Assembly (NCBI GenBank): GCA_964016885.1
Contig: OZ024745.1
Span: forward strand, 38,254,001-38,318,000
Source of the DNA: Eledone cirrhosa
Lineage: Eukaryota
Direction of reading: 5' to 3'
DNA length: 64,000 bases
Notes under the pieces: model-generated
Told to the model about the DNA's origin: nothing
The model's input: the letters and a program-made list of their open reading frames with translations, nothing else
Databases searched by the model: none
Made by a program: the position numbers and the translations under genes
In this document: positions 29,083-41,573 of the stretch, in pieces
Numbering within the stretch: position 1 is the first letter of the stretch
Layout of the letters: each line of letters begins with the position of its first letter

Positions 29083-29478
29083 ATATATATATACTGTATA
29101 TATGGGAACAACCACTCTTTCATATACATAATTAATTAGTTAATGGTTTAATTAATTATTTAATTTGTATTGTCTGACTCACATAATCATGATGTAAAAA
29201 TGTTTCAGCTGAAAGTTCAATACAAAAATAATGTTGCGAAACAAATTCAATTTTAACTGTGTTCGCGAGTGCGTTTAAATATACATATGTATGTATGTAT
29301 ATATGTATGTATGTATTTATGTATGTATTTATTCAATATAGGGGGCGCACAGGACAAATACAATAGTGGGGGGGGGGGGGGGCAAAGGGAAAGACGGACA
29401 GTTTCATCTTTTCAGTCAACTTCTGGAAATCACAACGTTTTCGTTACATTAAAATGATGGTGATCATTCCAGTGTACA

Positions 29479-29572
29479 ATGGGGAATAACAAATCAGAGA
29501 CACGTTATGTCCTTAGGCAAATTACATAAGTACATAATGGCATAACGTGTCTCTGATTTGTTAGTCCCCATT
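29479..29572. repeat. Hairpin with ~34 bp arms next to (TA)n
   Basis: aatggggaataacaaatcagagacacgttatg pairs with cataacgtgtctctgatttgttagtccccatt. Confidence 0.75.
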
Positions 29573-29718
29573 ATATATATATATATGTATCGACAGTCGA
29601 TCGACTTTCGTTAAATCGGATCAAGTAATCAATGTTTCCATTGGTTTTTCTAATACCATCTATCGGTTGCAACTCCAGGTAGAATAAATGTATATACATA
29701 TATACATTTATGCATATA

Positions 29719-29807
<89 letters not shown>

Positions 29808-29810
<3 letters not shown>

Positions 29811-29990
29811 AAAATTATTATTTTTTTAAATGAGAAAAACGAGATGTCTTACACGAGTGAAAGTATGAAGGAAAATGATGAAATCGAAAATGCAACTGGA
29901 GTTTATATTTATTTGTCTCCTTGAGCGGTTTCACAGTCCTTATGCTTTTCAAAAGTAGAATTGTGATGGAGTGTTTGCGGTTTTTCCCGT
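29808..29990 (-). mobile_element. Diverged solo PLE 3' end (U3-A8 family)
   Basis: Degenerate match to 9156-9365. Confidence 0.72.
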
Positions 29991-30144
29991 TGAAGACGTT
30001 TGAAGAGGAAAGTCAACATAATCTTGAATTGACAATCTAAACTGAGTGCATGTATAACACATATTTTTGTTTCGTTTATACACTAACAATTTCATCTGTC
30101 TTTCATTTTTATTTCCTACCTATATTTTATGTACATGTATATAG

Positions 30145-30350
30145 CGCGTTGAGTTGGCAGGTTCGGTAGTGCTTCGGACATGATGGTTGATATATATTTA
30201 CAGCCCTTTACGTTCTGAGTTCATAATCTTGCCGAGATTAGCTTTGCCTATTATCTTTACGCGGTCGATAAAATAAATAAGCAATAAAGCACTGAGGTCG
30301 ATTTAACCGACTTTCTCAAAAAGTTGCTGGCCATGTACCTCATTTAGAAC
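30145..30350 (+). mobile_element. Diverged SINE copy
   Basis: ttggcaggttcggtag..ctgagttcataatc..gtcgataaaat. Confidence 0.65.
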
Positions 30351-30360
30351 CCCCCCCCCC

Positions 30361-30472
<112 letters not shown>

Positions 30473-30521
30473 AAATAAAGTTAAATAAAAGTCAAATGAT
30501 TAAAATTTAGCTTCGTTTATT

Positions 30522-30576
30522 ACTGCTATATATATTTCAGTGACAGCCATCTTTGGCTGTGACCTCTTCAGGCAGT
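30522..30576 (-). ncRNA. Minimal type I hammerhead ribozyme in element 30470-30686
   Basis: ACTGC-CTGAAGA-GGTCACAGCCA(AAGA)TGGCTGTCACT-GAAA-TATATA-TA/GCAGT-AATAAA. Confidence 0.78.
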
Positions 30577-30834
30577 TTGAATTAGTATGGTATAGACAAG
30601 TACATATGTTGTTTAGGTGTATAATATTGTCAATACTCTGATATGCCCAGTTCCTTGTTGGGTTGTTAATTCACTGAGGAACTGGAGTATATATATGTGT
30701 GTGTGTGTGTGTGTGCATATGAACGTATGTATGTGTATTCGTGTGTGTGATTGCCATGTTTCGTCACTCGTATTGTATGTGTAGGCGTTTGTGGTCAACA
30801 CACATTGAAATATTATTATAATGGTGATGGATGA

Positions 30835-31022
30835 AGGGCGGTGGATTGGCAGTATCGGTAGAGGGTCTGACACCATGCTTTCCAGCATAGTTACGGCCCT
30901 TTACGATCTGAGTTCAAATCCCGCCGAGGTTGACTTTGTCTTTCATCCTTACGGGGTAGATAAAATAAAGTACCAGTAATGCACTGGGTAATTGTTGGCC
31001 TTGTGCTTAAAGTAGAAACAAT
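30835..31022 (+). mobile_element. SINE copy
   Basis: Close match to 7524-7710; attattataatggtgatg occurs on both sides (TSD-like). Confidence 0.87.
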
Positions 31023-31334
31023 TATTATAATGGTGATGATGAATCTGATGATCATATTTCAGTTACTACGGTGACTATATTTCAATCTGTATTTCAATCA
31101 GAAGTAAAGTAAACAAAACACACATATGCAGGCGCACAGAGACATACACACTGAAACATAATATACGTCGTTGTGCCAAGACACAAATATAAACAGACCT
31201 ACCAGCAGTATTCCAAATATTTAAAAGTTCTTTGGTGTTGTTTATTTCTTTATTTTAGCTGCTTTACTTATATCCGCGTAGCATTATGATTTATGTACGG
31301 AGGCAGTGATTATAGGTAACACAGATACAAAATA

Positions 31335-32050
<716 letters not shown>

Positions 32051-32322
32051 ATGCATGCGAATGTCCATGGATAGTTTGTTTCTTTCCTTTTGCTATTCTT
32101 CAGTGTTTTCTTTCTGAAAGATACGAGGAGTTGTATTCGCCTCCAGATAATATTTCTCGAAATATTATTGTGGCTTTATGTTATTTGTTTCTGTATTCTT
32201 GCCCGACACTCATTCTTTCTTTCCTTCCTTTGCTTTAGAGATTATAACATTGGTCTTAATATACATTTTCTGTACATATACTGTCTTTGTTATGAGATAC
32301 AAAATGAGATGTCTCCCTCTTA

Positions 32323-32442
<120 letters not shown>

Positions 32443-32540
32443 TATATGTGTGTGTGTTGTAAAGAGTCATATTTTACTATTTCAGTTACCGAGTACACTG
32501 GTGAGTCATTGTCAAATCAGTTTCAAACTAAATCCACCCC

Positions 32541-32663
<123 letters not shown>

Positions 32664-32918
32664 TATGTATATATATGAAATATATGATATATATATACAT
32701 ACATACATGCCCCAGCATGACCTCAGCCGGGTGGCTGGAACAGGTAAAAGAGGAAAAGAGTAAATATATATATATGAATGAAAAAAGGCGTGCTGTGCTG
32801 TTGCATTTGTGATATACAAATTAAATAAAGAATTAGAAATAGAAGCCAGGACTATCCGTCATCAGTGGTCTACGAGCCATCATAGGTATTTCTTCGCATT
32901 AAAGTCCAGATACCTCCG

Positions 32919-33280
32919 GCGAGCGCGAACAATAATTAAAATAAGTTATTGGGATAAAAATAATTGGGTGGAGAAAGAGAGACAGGTGAACAAACATGAA
33001 TTGTTAGGCAACGTAAACACAGGAAAATGAGAAAATCATGTCAGTGAATCATTTGAACATAAGAACTTGCGAACAATTACGAGAAGACAAAAGACCACCC
33101 GTACTGTGCGAAGTGTGAGCGAGAAAAGTATCTCGTACGGAGCCGCGAGCGCGAAGAATAAATAAAATAATTTATTGGGATAAAAATAATTGGGTGGAGA
33201 ATCAGACAGGTGAACAAACATGAACGGTTAGGCAACGTAGAGAGAGGAAAATGAGAAAATCAAGTCAGTGATCCATTTGA
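32919..33280. repeat. Imperfect direct repeat (~138 bp, period ~225 bp), related in reverse to 62240-62490
   Basis: 32919-33057 vs 33144-33280. Confidence 0.7.
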
Positions 33281-33480
<200 letters not shown>

Positions 33481-33486
33481 TATATA

Positions 33487-34778
33487 CAGGGCGGGGCATA
33501 CAAACTAAAAGGGAAATAGGTTGAAAAAAACATTTATTTCAAGACCTGACTTCAACAAATAGTAAGCAATATAGTATTTAACAACTGCACAAAAATGTTT
33601 TGGAAATGCTTTCCTCTAGCTCTCACTAGTGCTCGAAGTCTTCTAGGAAAGTCTTCGATGGATGCACGAACAGTTTCCATGGGTATTTTCTCCCATACAC
33701 TTTTCAGTTTTGATTTTAGAATTTCAATATTTTGGCTAGGAGTAGAAGAGGCTTCACTCTCAAGAATTGACCCTAAAGAAAAATTGAGAGAGTTGAGAGC
33801 TGGTGATGTGGGAGGCCACTCTCCCTTACTGATCCATGCAGGACAATGGTCTCTACACCACTGTTGTGTTATGTGAGCAGTGTGGCTCATCGCTCCATCT
33901 TGTTGGAGAGTCCAAATGTCGACGCCATAAACAGATGTGCACCGTGGCATCAGTGCTCCTTCCAAAATATCCTTTATGTAAAGTTCTTTGTTAATTTTAA
34001 CTCGTTGAGGCACACACATCAGAGGAGACTTCCCTCTTTCAGAAATGGCTGCACAAACCATCACTGATGGTGGTTTCTGTGTTCTCAACACTTTTCCTAC
34101 ACTTGAAGGAATTGATTTGAGACTTTTTGCAAGTACTCGATCATTTTGATGATTGTGAGACTGCTGCACAGTGAATAACTTCTCACTTGTAAAAATGATG
34201 TTTTGCAGCGTGCCATCCTTGATACGGTTCAATAACAGTTTACTTCTGGAGAGCCTCTTTTCAATTGTATCTGCAGAAAGAAGCTGCCTCTTTTGGAACT
34301 TATAGGGTGACATCCCCAGATCATCTCGACTTATCCTCCACATAGTTCTCGGTGATGTTTCTGCTTCTTCTGCCATTTTTCTCATTGACCTTCTTGGATT
34401 ACGCCTTATATTTTCCCTCACACTTCTAACGAGTTTTAGTGTTCTTGAGGTAGGAGGGCGTCCGGATTGAGGTCTATCTTTGAACGAGGAAGTTTCCTTA
34501 AATCGATAGATTGTCCTTTTCATCAACATTCTATTGATCTCAAGAGTTTTCCCCAGTTTAAATATCTCTGGTGGAGTGAGGCCTTTTTCATGCTTCTCTA
34601 TTATGAACTTTCTTTTCAATTATATGGACATTGCAAATTGTTAATGGAGTAATGTTCTGAAAAATAGTTAATATGGTTACAGTGCATGGATTTGATACAC
34701 ATATATTAGTTATATTATCTACATAATGTATTTTTAAATTGATTGAAAACTTTGTAACTGGAATTATGCCCTACGCTG
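33487..34778 (-). mobile_element. Tc1/mariner DD37D (maT-family) transposon, inactive
   Basis: Degenerate TIRs CAGGGCGGGGCATA / CAGCGTAGGGCATA with TA flanks; contains the transposase frame. Confidence 0.88.
33552..34631 (-). pseudogene. DD37D transposase pseudogene
   Basis: HTH with SGRP, FTSEKLF (first Asp lost), QQDGA, WPPTSPALNSLN (third Asp replaced by Asn, 37 residues after the second Asp). The ATG at 34631 is followed by TAA at codon 4. Confidence 0.88.
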
Positions 34779-35565
34779 TATATATCATATGTATCGTATA
34801 TAAACATGTATGTGACTTTAAAGATAGCTTTTCAGCATTGTGCAAAATAAACTGGGTTTTATTTGAGAAAAACATTGGTCTTCGTACCTAAAGGAAAGCA
34901 ATGTAAATAAGAATCTACGGATCTGTGAGAAAACAGATATCAGTTGAATAATTATGACTTTCCTAGTAAATTCTTGTGGAGATTAAAGATGCGCTGATCT
35001 TAATGGAACTTTATCTACTGCATCAACGGTAATACGAGCTCTTACTCATTATATGACAAGCAAACTTTAGTTATTGTGTATAAAGAATGAAAAAAAAAGG
35101 AATAACACACAACGAATAACTAAATTATATGTTACGGTAAAATGTAGATATATCTGCATGAAACCTAACAATTGCTGGGTAAATATTTATTATTTAAACC
35201 AAAGAAATAGTTAATTAGACGAAAGTAACCGAAAGGAGAAACAAGATATAACGCGATATCATAGCATCGATATATCATTCAAATCTCATAAATGCAAATG
35301 TATCAATTCCTTTCACGACATATATGAAACAAATTCTGAATCACTGTATCCTTATAGTCGGAAGCTTAAAGAGAAAAATATAGACGTAAATATAAATAAA
35401 TATAAAATGATCCAGGTAAAAGATGCACGGTGATGAAAGATAAGGTCGTTACTTAATATCTGTGATTCCACAAAAGTGAGTGAAATTATGTTTCGATTAA
35501 TGTATATCGTTGTAATAAAATACACGACCAAGTCACAACTCACACACACACATACAGAGACACAC

Positions 35566-35613
<48 letters not shown>

Positions 35614-35674
35614 ATACATATGTATGTATGTATGCATATATTTATATATGTATATATATATTTTTTTTAGTATA

Positions 35675-36170
35675 TGTTGGTTGTATACCAACACCTCATT
35701 ATGCAGATTGGAGCACTCGACGAAGTGCGCAGGTTGGTTTGGTTACTCCGGAGTAATGTAAAATAAAATAAAATAAATATGTCAAATGTTTAAAATGTGG
35801 CTTCGTTTATTACTTCTATATATATTTCGATGACAGCCATCTTTGGCTGTGATCTCTTCAGGCAGTCCCAATTAGTGTGGTAGAGACGAGTACACATTTT
35901 GTTGAGTGTTTAACTTTGTCAATACTCTGATATGCACAGTTCCTGGTTGGGTTGTTGTTTCACTGAGGAACTGGAATCATATGAATTTAAACAAACGAAT
36001 TTCAGCGTCAATGGATATCTTCTCCTCTCATTGGTCCGTTGTGAGGACATTTATCAGTAAAAAGTCTATAGAAATTCGTTCTGAGGCAAGGCAATCTGTG
36101 GTGGTTGTTCTTGTTATTGTTAAGTACATCTGACCTCTTATGTTGGTAGTGGTGTTGGTGTTAGAGTCAG
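35675..36170 (-). mobile_element. Longer copy of the 30470-30686 family
   Basis: 35757-35976 is colinear with 30470-30686; ends near (TA)n. Confidence 0.7.
35812..35866 (-). ncRNA. Minimal type I hammerhead ribozyme
   Basis: ACTGC-CTGAAGA-GATCACAGCCA(AAGA)TGGCTGTCATC-GAAA-TATATA-TA/GAAGT-AATAAA; canonical G10.1-C11.1 pair. Confidence 0.78.
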
Positions 36171-36937
36171 CTCAAAAAAATGATAAAATAGTAGAAGGAA
36201 TAAGGTGGTAAAGGAACAAAATAAAAAAAATCAAATAAAATGTGTGTGTTATACCCAATCTCAATGTTATAAACATTTGTAAGGTCACTCCTCCCATTCA
36301 TCAGTCACCACAGTGGATCTCCCAGCGCGGGCAACGACCACCCCACAGATTAGGGCCGTGAAGATAACAAAACGCATAGCGACCCTCGAGATACTAAGAG
36401 GTGGAAGCCGCCTGATAAAACTCAGAACCGACTTCTTCGGGACATGCAGACACCTCAGGGCCTGGACCTTCCTCAAGCTATATGGACAGTAGCAACACAC
36501 TCACGCTATAGGGACTTCTCCAAAACATGTAGACACCTCTCGGCCTGACCTCCCTCAAGCTATATGGGCAGTAACAACACCATAGATTGGGAGCTCCTCT
36601 CAAGCCATAGGGACCCACCCAAGCTGAGCAGCCACCATGATAGCCTAGAGATTGATTCTGACACAGCCTTTCAAATTTGGCCAATATCTTTATAACACAC
36701 ATTTTATTTTACTTGATTTTTCATTTGATATTTCATTTGTTTTGTTTTCTTCACTTTATTGCCTTCTATTTAAATTGAGAATTGTTATAACACACACACA
36801 TTTTATTTGATTATCTTATTTCGTTATATTCTTTTACTATCTTGTTCCTCCTACCACTTTATCCAACATCTTTCTGACCTGGAGAATAATTATAGCACAC
36901 ACATTTATTTTATTTGAATCTTCACCTCATTTTTCCA

Positions 36938-37148
36938 CTTTTCATTTTCATTTTTCATTTTTCATTTTTCATTTTTCATTTTTCATTTTTCATTTTTCAT
37001 TTTTCATTTTTCATTTTTCATTTTTCATTTTTCATTTTTCAATTTTTCATTTTTCATTTTTCATTTTTCATTTTTCATTTTTCATTTTTCATTTTTCATT
37101 TTTCATTTTTCATTTTTCATTTTTCATTTTTCCTTTTTCATTTTTCAT
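36938..37148. repeat. (TTTTTCA)n heptamer array
   Basis: About 30 near-perfect units. Confidence 0.95.
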
Positions 37149-37258
37149 TACTTTTTCATTTATTTTCTATTTATTATTTATTTTCTGTTTTGTTCATTTT
37201 ATTGCCTTCTATTTCTTCAATTATATGGCAGAGCCAAAAAACAAAGAAAAGAATCCCC

Positions 37259-37303
37259 AGTCACTGAAGAGGGCACAGAATGCGTGACGAAAGAACTTTG
37301 ACA
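37259..37303 (+). ncRNA. Degenerate minimal hammerhead at the 5' end of element 37255-37452
   Basis: AGTCA-CTGAAGA-G..CAC(AGAAT)GCGTGAC-GAAA-GAAC-TT/TGAC. The sister copy at 13395 reads ..GTGTGAC-GAAA-GGAC-TA/TGACT. Confidence 0.55.
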
Positions 37304-37447
37304 ATATATAAACAATCATCTGGTTGTGGAACCAACCAACCAACCGGAAATTTATAAATTCATAAATTTATAAATTTATTATAATAAACTGAAATGAAAC
37401 TTCTGGTGCGTGTGTTTCTTATTGGCAACATGACCCTCCCAAAGTAT

Positions 37448-37497
<50 letters not shown>

Positions 37498-37592
37498 ATA
37501 ATAATAAATTTGAAGACTAAAATCCAAAGAGGGCTCGATAAGGATAGGTATATATGAAATATATAAGAACCGTAGAGCAAATATATATTAAT

Positions 37593-37705
37593 ATAACAGA
37601 TTAAAATTTAAGCAAATAATCACTGCTTTCACCCTTAACGGCATCTTCTGAAGATCCCATTAAGGGTGAAAGCAGCGATTCTTTGCTTAAACTTTAATCT
37701 GTTAT
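37593..37705. repeat. Fold-back palindrome centred on a hammerhead core
   Basis: Arms ~55 bp, centre ATCTTC-T-GAAGAT; right arm CTGAAGA-T-CCC(ATTAA)GGG-T-GAAA-GCA..TGC-TT. Confidence 0.65.
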
Positions 37706-37738
37706 TTAAAAAAAAAAAATATATATATATATATATAT

Positions 37739-37817
<79 letters not shown>

Positions 37818-38220
37818 TGTGTGTGTATGTGTGTGCATGTGTGCGTGTGTGTGTGTGTGTGTCTGTTTGTGTTTGTGTGTGCATGTGAGTGTATGTGTGT
37901 GTATACTGTTATTGACTGATGTAAGAAAACGCACTTCGTACCGAAGTGTAAATATTCATTTATTATATATATAAACGGACGGTAGTCCGTTTAGTAATAT
38001 TGTTGTGGTCGTGTTTTCGTTGGCAATCGTCTGTTTACGACAGTACAGCGCAGCTTTACGTTATTTAACTCTGAGATAAAACTTATATGAGCATGAACAG
38101 TAGATTATTACGCATCTTTTGGCTTAACAATCTAGAAATTTGGTCCAGCGGGAAAAAGTTTATAATCAAAGTTTGCTGATAAATCTTGTGTTCAAGTGAG
38201 TGGGTAGTAAGCGTGACGCT

Positions 38221-38349
38221 AGGGGAGGTAATCCAGAAATGACGAAATTTTTTCGGCGGAACTCTTGTGATTGTGATTACGTTAGTCAAATGTAGTCAAA
38301 TCGCCGAATCCCCTCCTCCTAATTGACTACGTCATTTCTGAACGGCCCT
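38221..38349. mobile_element. Small Harbinger-like MITE
   Basis: Imperfect TIRs AGGGGAGGTAATCCAGAAATGACG / CGTCATTTCTGAACGGCCCT. Confidence 0.45.
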
Positions 38350-38901
38350 ACTTGCGTCAGTGTGAAACATTACTTCACTTTTCACTGCTAAAATGCTTTT
38401 TAAATACTTCGTTAAAAATCTATGTTTATTATCAAAGCTATTTTTTGTACCAATCTATCAATAGTTTGCGAAAACAGGTAAACATGTGAGTTAAATTTTT
38501 TTTAATCGCATCGATCGCTTTGTCGCACCGACTGTGACACCGTCTGACTGTCTGTCTGACTGACACTTTTGTCGGAACGACACCTTTGTTCAAGCGGACA
38601 ACTTTGTGACACTGACACCTTTGTTCGTGCCGGCATCTCTGCGAAACACCCATGACAACAACCAGACCAAAATTTCACTTCATTCTTCATTCTTCTTCAA
38701 GACCGATCGCCGACCGATCGTATCGGTTGCTCTTCATATACCAGGTATTTAACAGATAGTTTGCACTTCTAGTATTATTAACAGTCGTGCGATTTTTTGT
38801 ACCGATAGGTGCGAATAGTACGCTATATTTTTGTACCGATAGGTGCGAATAGTGTACAATATTTTCTGAGATTTGCATCCACTAATTTCGCTTAATTAAA
38901 A

Positions 38902-39701
38902 ATGATGTTTCGCGGCTTTTTGATCGGCTTATTCATTTTTTCCATGGCACGGAAATGGAGTATTTCCATTTCGAATCAAAACTTTTCACTAAAATCGGGC
39001 AATTGGACTGATCAAATTCACATTCATGCCAGTTTTTACAAATCCATAATTAGAAATGTGGCGAAATCGAATGACCAGAAGGTATAAAAATATTAATTCA
39101 AATGTATTTACTTATCATACCAACAAAAATAAATACTTAGATATTTTGTATACCTGGGGCCCGACAGGGCCAGGTAATGTTAATCGCCAACATTGTTATC
39201 TGTTGTCCTTTTGTGAAAGTATTGGTGGTTCATGTCGGCTCTAATGATCTGAATCCTCGTCGCACCGTTGGCACTACAAAGCTGTGCAAAGTAATACGAT
39301 AATTTTTACCCAAGTATTTTTTATTAATCATTTATTTGTAAATTAATGACAAAGTGCCCATTCGAGGCACAAAACCGGAAAAACAGGGGAAGAGTCTCTT
39401 TGCAAGGCTACAGAAAATAGCGGAAAAGCACCACTGTACACCCATTTTCTACAGTGGTGTCATTCCACGTCCACAAAGTGTAATTGAAAATAAAAATGAC
39501 TTGGGCAAGAGGAATTCTCGTTTGGAAAAGTTTAATTACTGCATGAAAGAAATGAATCAAAAATTGAACTTGCCCAATCTTCACAACATTGAAAATTGGT
39601 CAAAATTTGACAAATCTGACTTCAAACCAGATATGATTCATTTGAACAATGTTGGAAATCTTAAATTGACACAAATTTTTGCCAATGTTTGTGCCACCTA
39701 A
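38902..39701 (+). pseudogene. Spliced SGNH/GDSL-hydrolase-like gene (3 exons, possibly damaged)
   Basis: Exon 1 ..KSIIRNV..DQK; GT-AG intron 39082-39140 in phase 0; exon 2 39141-39290 IFCIPGAR..VLVVHVGSNDL; probable intron ~39291-39354; exon 3 IFYSGVIPR..DMIHLNNVGNLKL. Blocks II, III and V are in order. Confidence 0.72.
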
Positions 39702-39881
39702 TCCTTGTTCTATGGCTGACTGACTAATTTTGTGACTTAATAAAATGTCATCATACTAGTAATGCACAATGGTCATTTTTAAATTTAAATTTTATTAAAT
39801 AGTTGTTGCTTGCATTGCCTTAAAATAGTAACAAGAATGTACACATACTTTTTAAAAATACATCATTATCAGTCAAATCAG

Positions 39882-40242
39882 TCAAATGTCACTAAAAGCC
39901 AGGTGGTCGATAACAACTTCTATAAGATTAGTTACATGCTCACACATTGGATCACCTATCATCAATGGCATTGGGTGTCTGAGATAATCGTGGAGATAAC
40001 TGATGAAGTCAAAAATGAAGTGATGGTCTTCCAGTGTGAACAACTCCCTATATGCATTGATATATGTGATGGCTTCCGATTCATAGGTGCATTTTATGAG
40101 GAATTCCATGCATCCTATTTTCAGTGATTCAATGGGCATTTTATCAGAGATGATAAGGTATTTGACCACGTTTTGCTTTGTAAGTAAATTGGAGAGAATC
40201 ACTGCAGTCAAAGTAATTTCTTTGCATGGGTTTTTGTCCATT
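39882..40242 (-). CDS. Putative terminal exon/small ORF with BACK-like (SPOP C-terminal-like) helical motif
   Basis: 119 aa open frame with LTKQNVVKYLIISDKMPIESLKIGCMEFL; acceptor-like tttaactttttag just upstream. Confidence 0.45.
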
Positions 40243-40515
40243 CTAAAAAGTTAAAATGATAAAGTATTACTACTATATAACTTACATCTATTGTTGTAAC
40301 ACCATTGAAATGCACAAGTTTCACCAATTCACTATTATGCACTAATCATCTCAAATGCATTGGTGATTTACTAGCTTTGTCATTAAGCCAGTTGCCTCAA
40401 CTAGATTGCAATTATACTCAAAAGAACTTTAAAATGTCAATCAGTCGTCAGTAATTCACTATGATCATTTAATTATTAGATAGTTGTTGCTTGCATTGCC
40501 TTAAACAATAGTAGA

Positions 40516-41573
40516 CCCGATAGAAAAATGCGTACAGCAAAAAAAGTAATATTGTTGGAATATAAACCTTTTAAAATACAGGACAAGAAACTAAAATAAA
40601 ACTTTAAAAGAATAGGACAAGAAACTAAGATAAAACTTTAAAGAATTGGACAAGAAATAAAAAAAATTTACAATAATATTAGTGGCAACATTTTTTTATT
40701 CGTTTCCTGTGCTATGCCCCAGTATCTTCTTGATTAGTGCATAATAATTGTAATGCTCTCATTGTGCGTTGCCCCTGATCGGTTGGGTCTGGTTGGGGTT
40801 GGTTGGCTGAGCAGTTCTGCTCCGTCAGAATGACCATTGCAAGAAGAATTGGCCGATGCAGCTGCAGGTCTCCTCCAAGAATGCACTTCTGGTCCCGCAA
40901 CACCAGACGAAGATGGAGAAGACGACCGGGACAAGATGTCGACTCTGACCACCGACTACGGCACCTCCCTCAACCACCGGTCCTCCCTCCTTCTGTCCCG
41001 TCATCCCTCCAGTCCTCCTGCTCCCCCTTCCTGTACCAGAAAGCTGTGGCACGCATTCATCTGGACTGCCGGACTTGAACTCAAGGACAAGATGCAAGGA
41101 GAAGATGGACGGGTTGGTCAAGATCAAGGATGAGCGGGACGACAAGACCGTCCGCTGCTGCTCAAGATCTGTGCTCATGGGCCCATGGGTCCATTCACAT
41201 TATGCATGACACATGAGGCATGTCGCCGAATGATGAAATAGGGGTATGGTTATAGCCCAATTGGTGTTCAAACCAGGATCAAATGATCCCCCCGGTCTGA
41301 CGACGACCTCTGAATGTGGAACCCATAGCCTATTAATGTGGAACTCGATTTTTTACCAATAAAAATGTTGCCACTAATATTATTGTAATTTTTTTTTATC
41401 TCTTGTCCAATTCTTTAAAGATCTTAGTTTCTTGTCATATTCTTTTAAAGTTTTACCTTAGTCTCTTGTCCTATTCTTTTAAAGTTTTATTTTAGTTTCT
41501 TGTCCTGTATTTTTAAAGGTTTATATTCCAACAATATTACTTTTTTTTTGCTGTACGCATTTTTCTATCTGGT
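40516..41573. mobile_element. Element with ~185-215 bp TIRs containing ~34 bp subrepeats and GC-richer interior (EnSpm/CACTA-like)
   Basis: 40516-40700 is the reverse complement of 41358-41573; termini CC(C/A)GATAGAAAAATGCG; tandem ggacaagaaactaa units. Confidence 0.65.
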
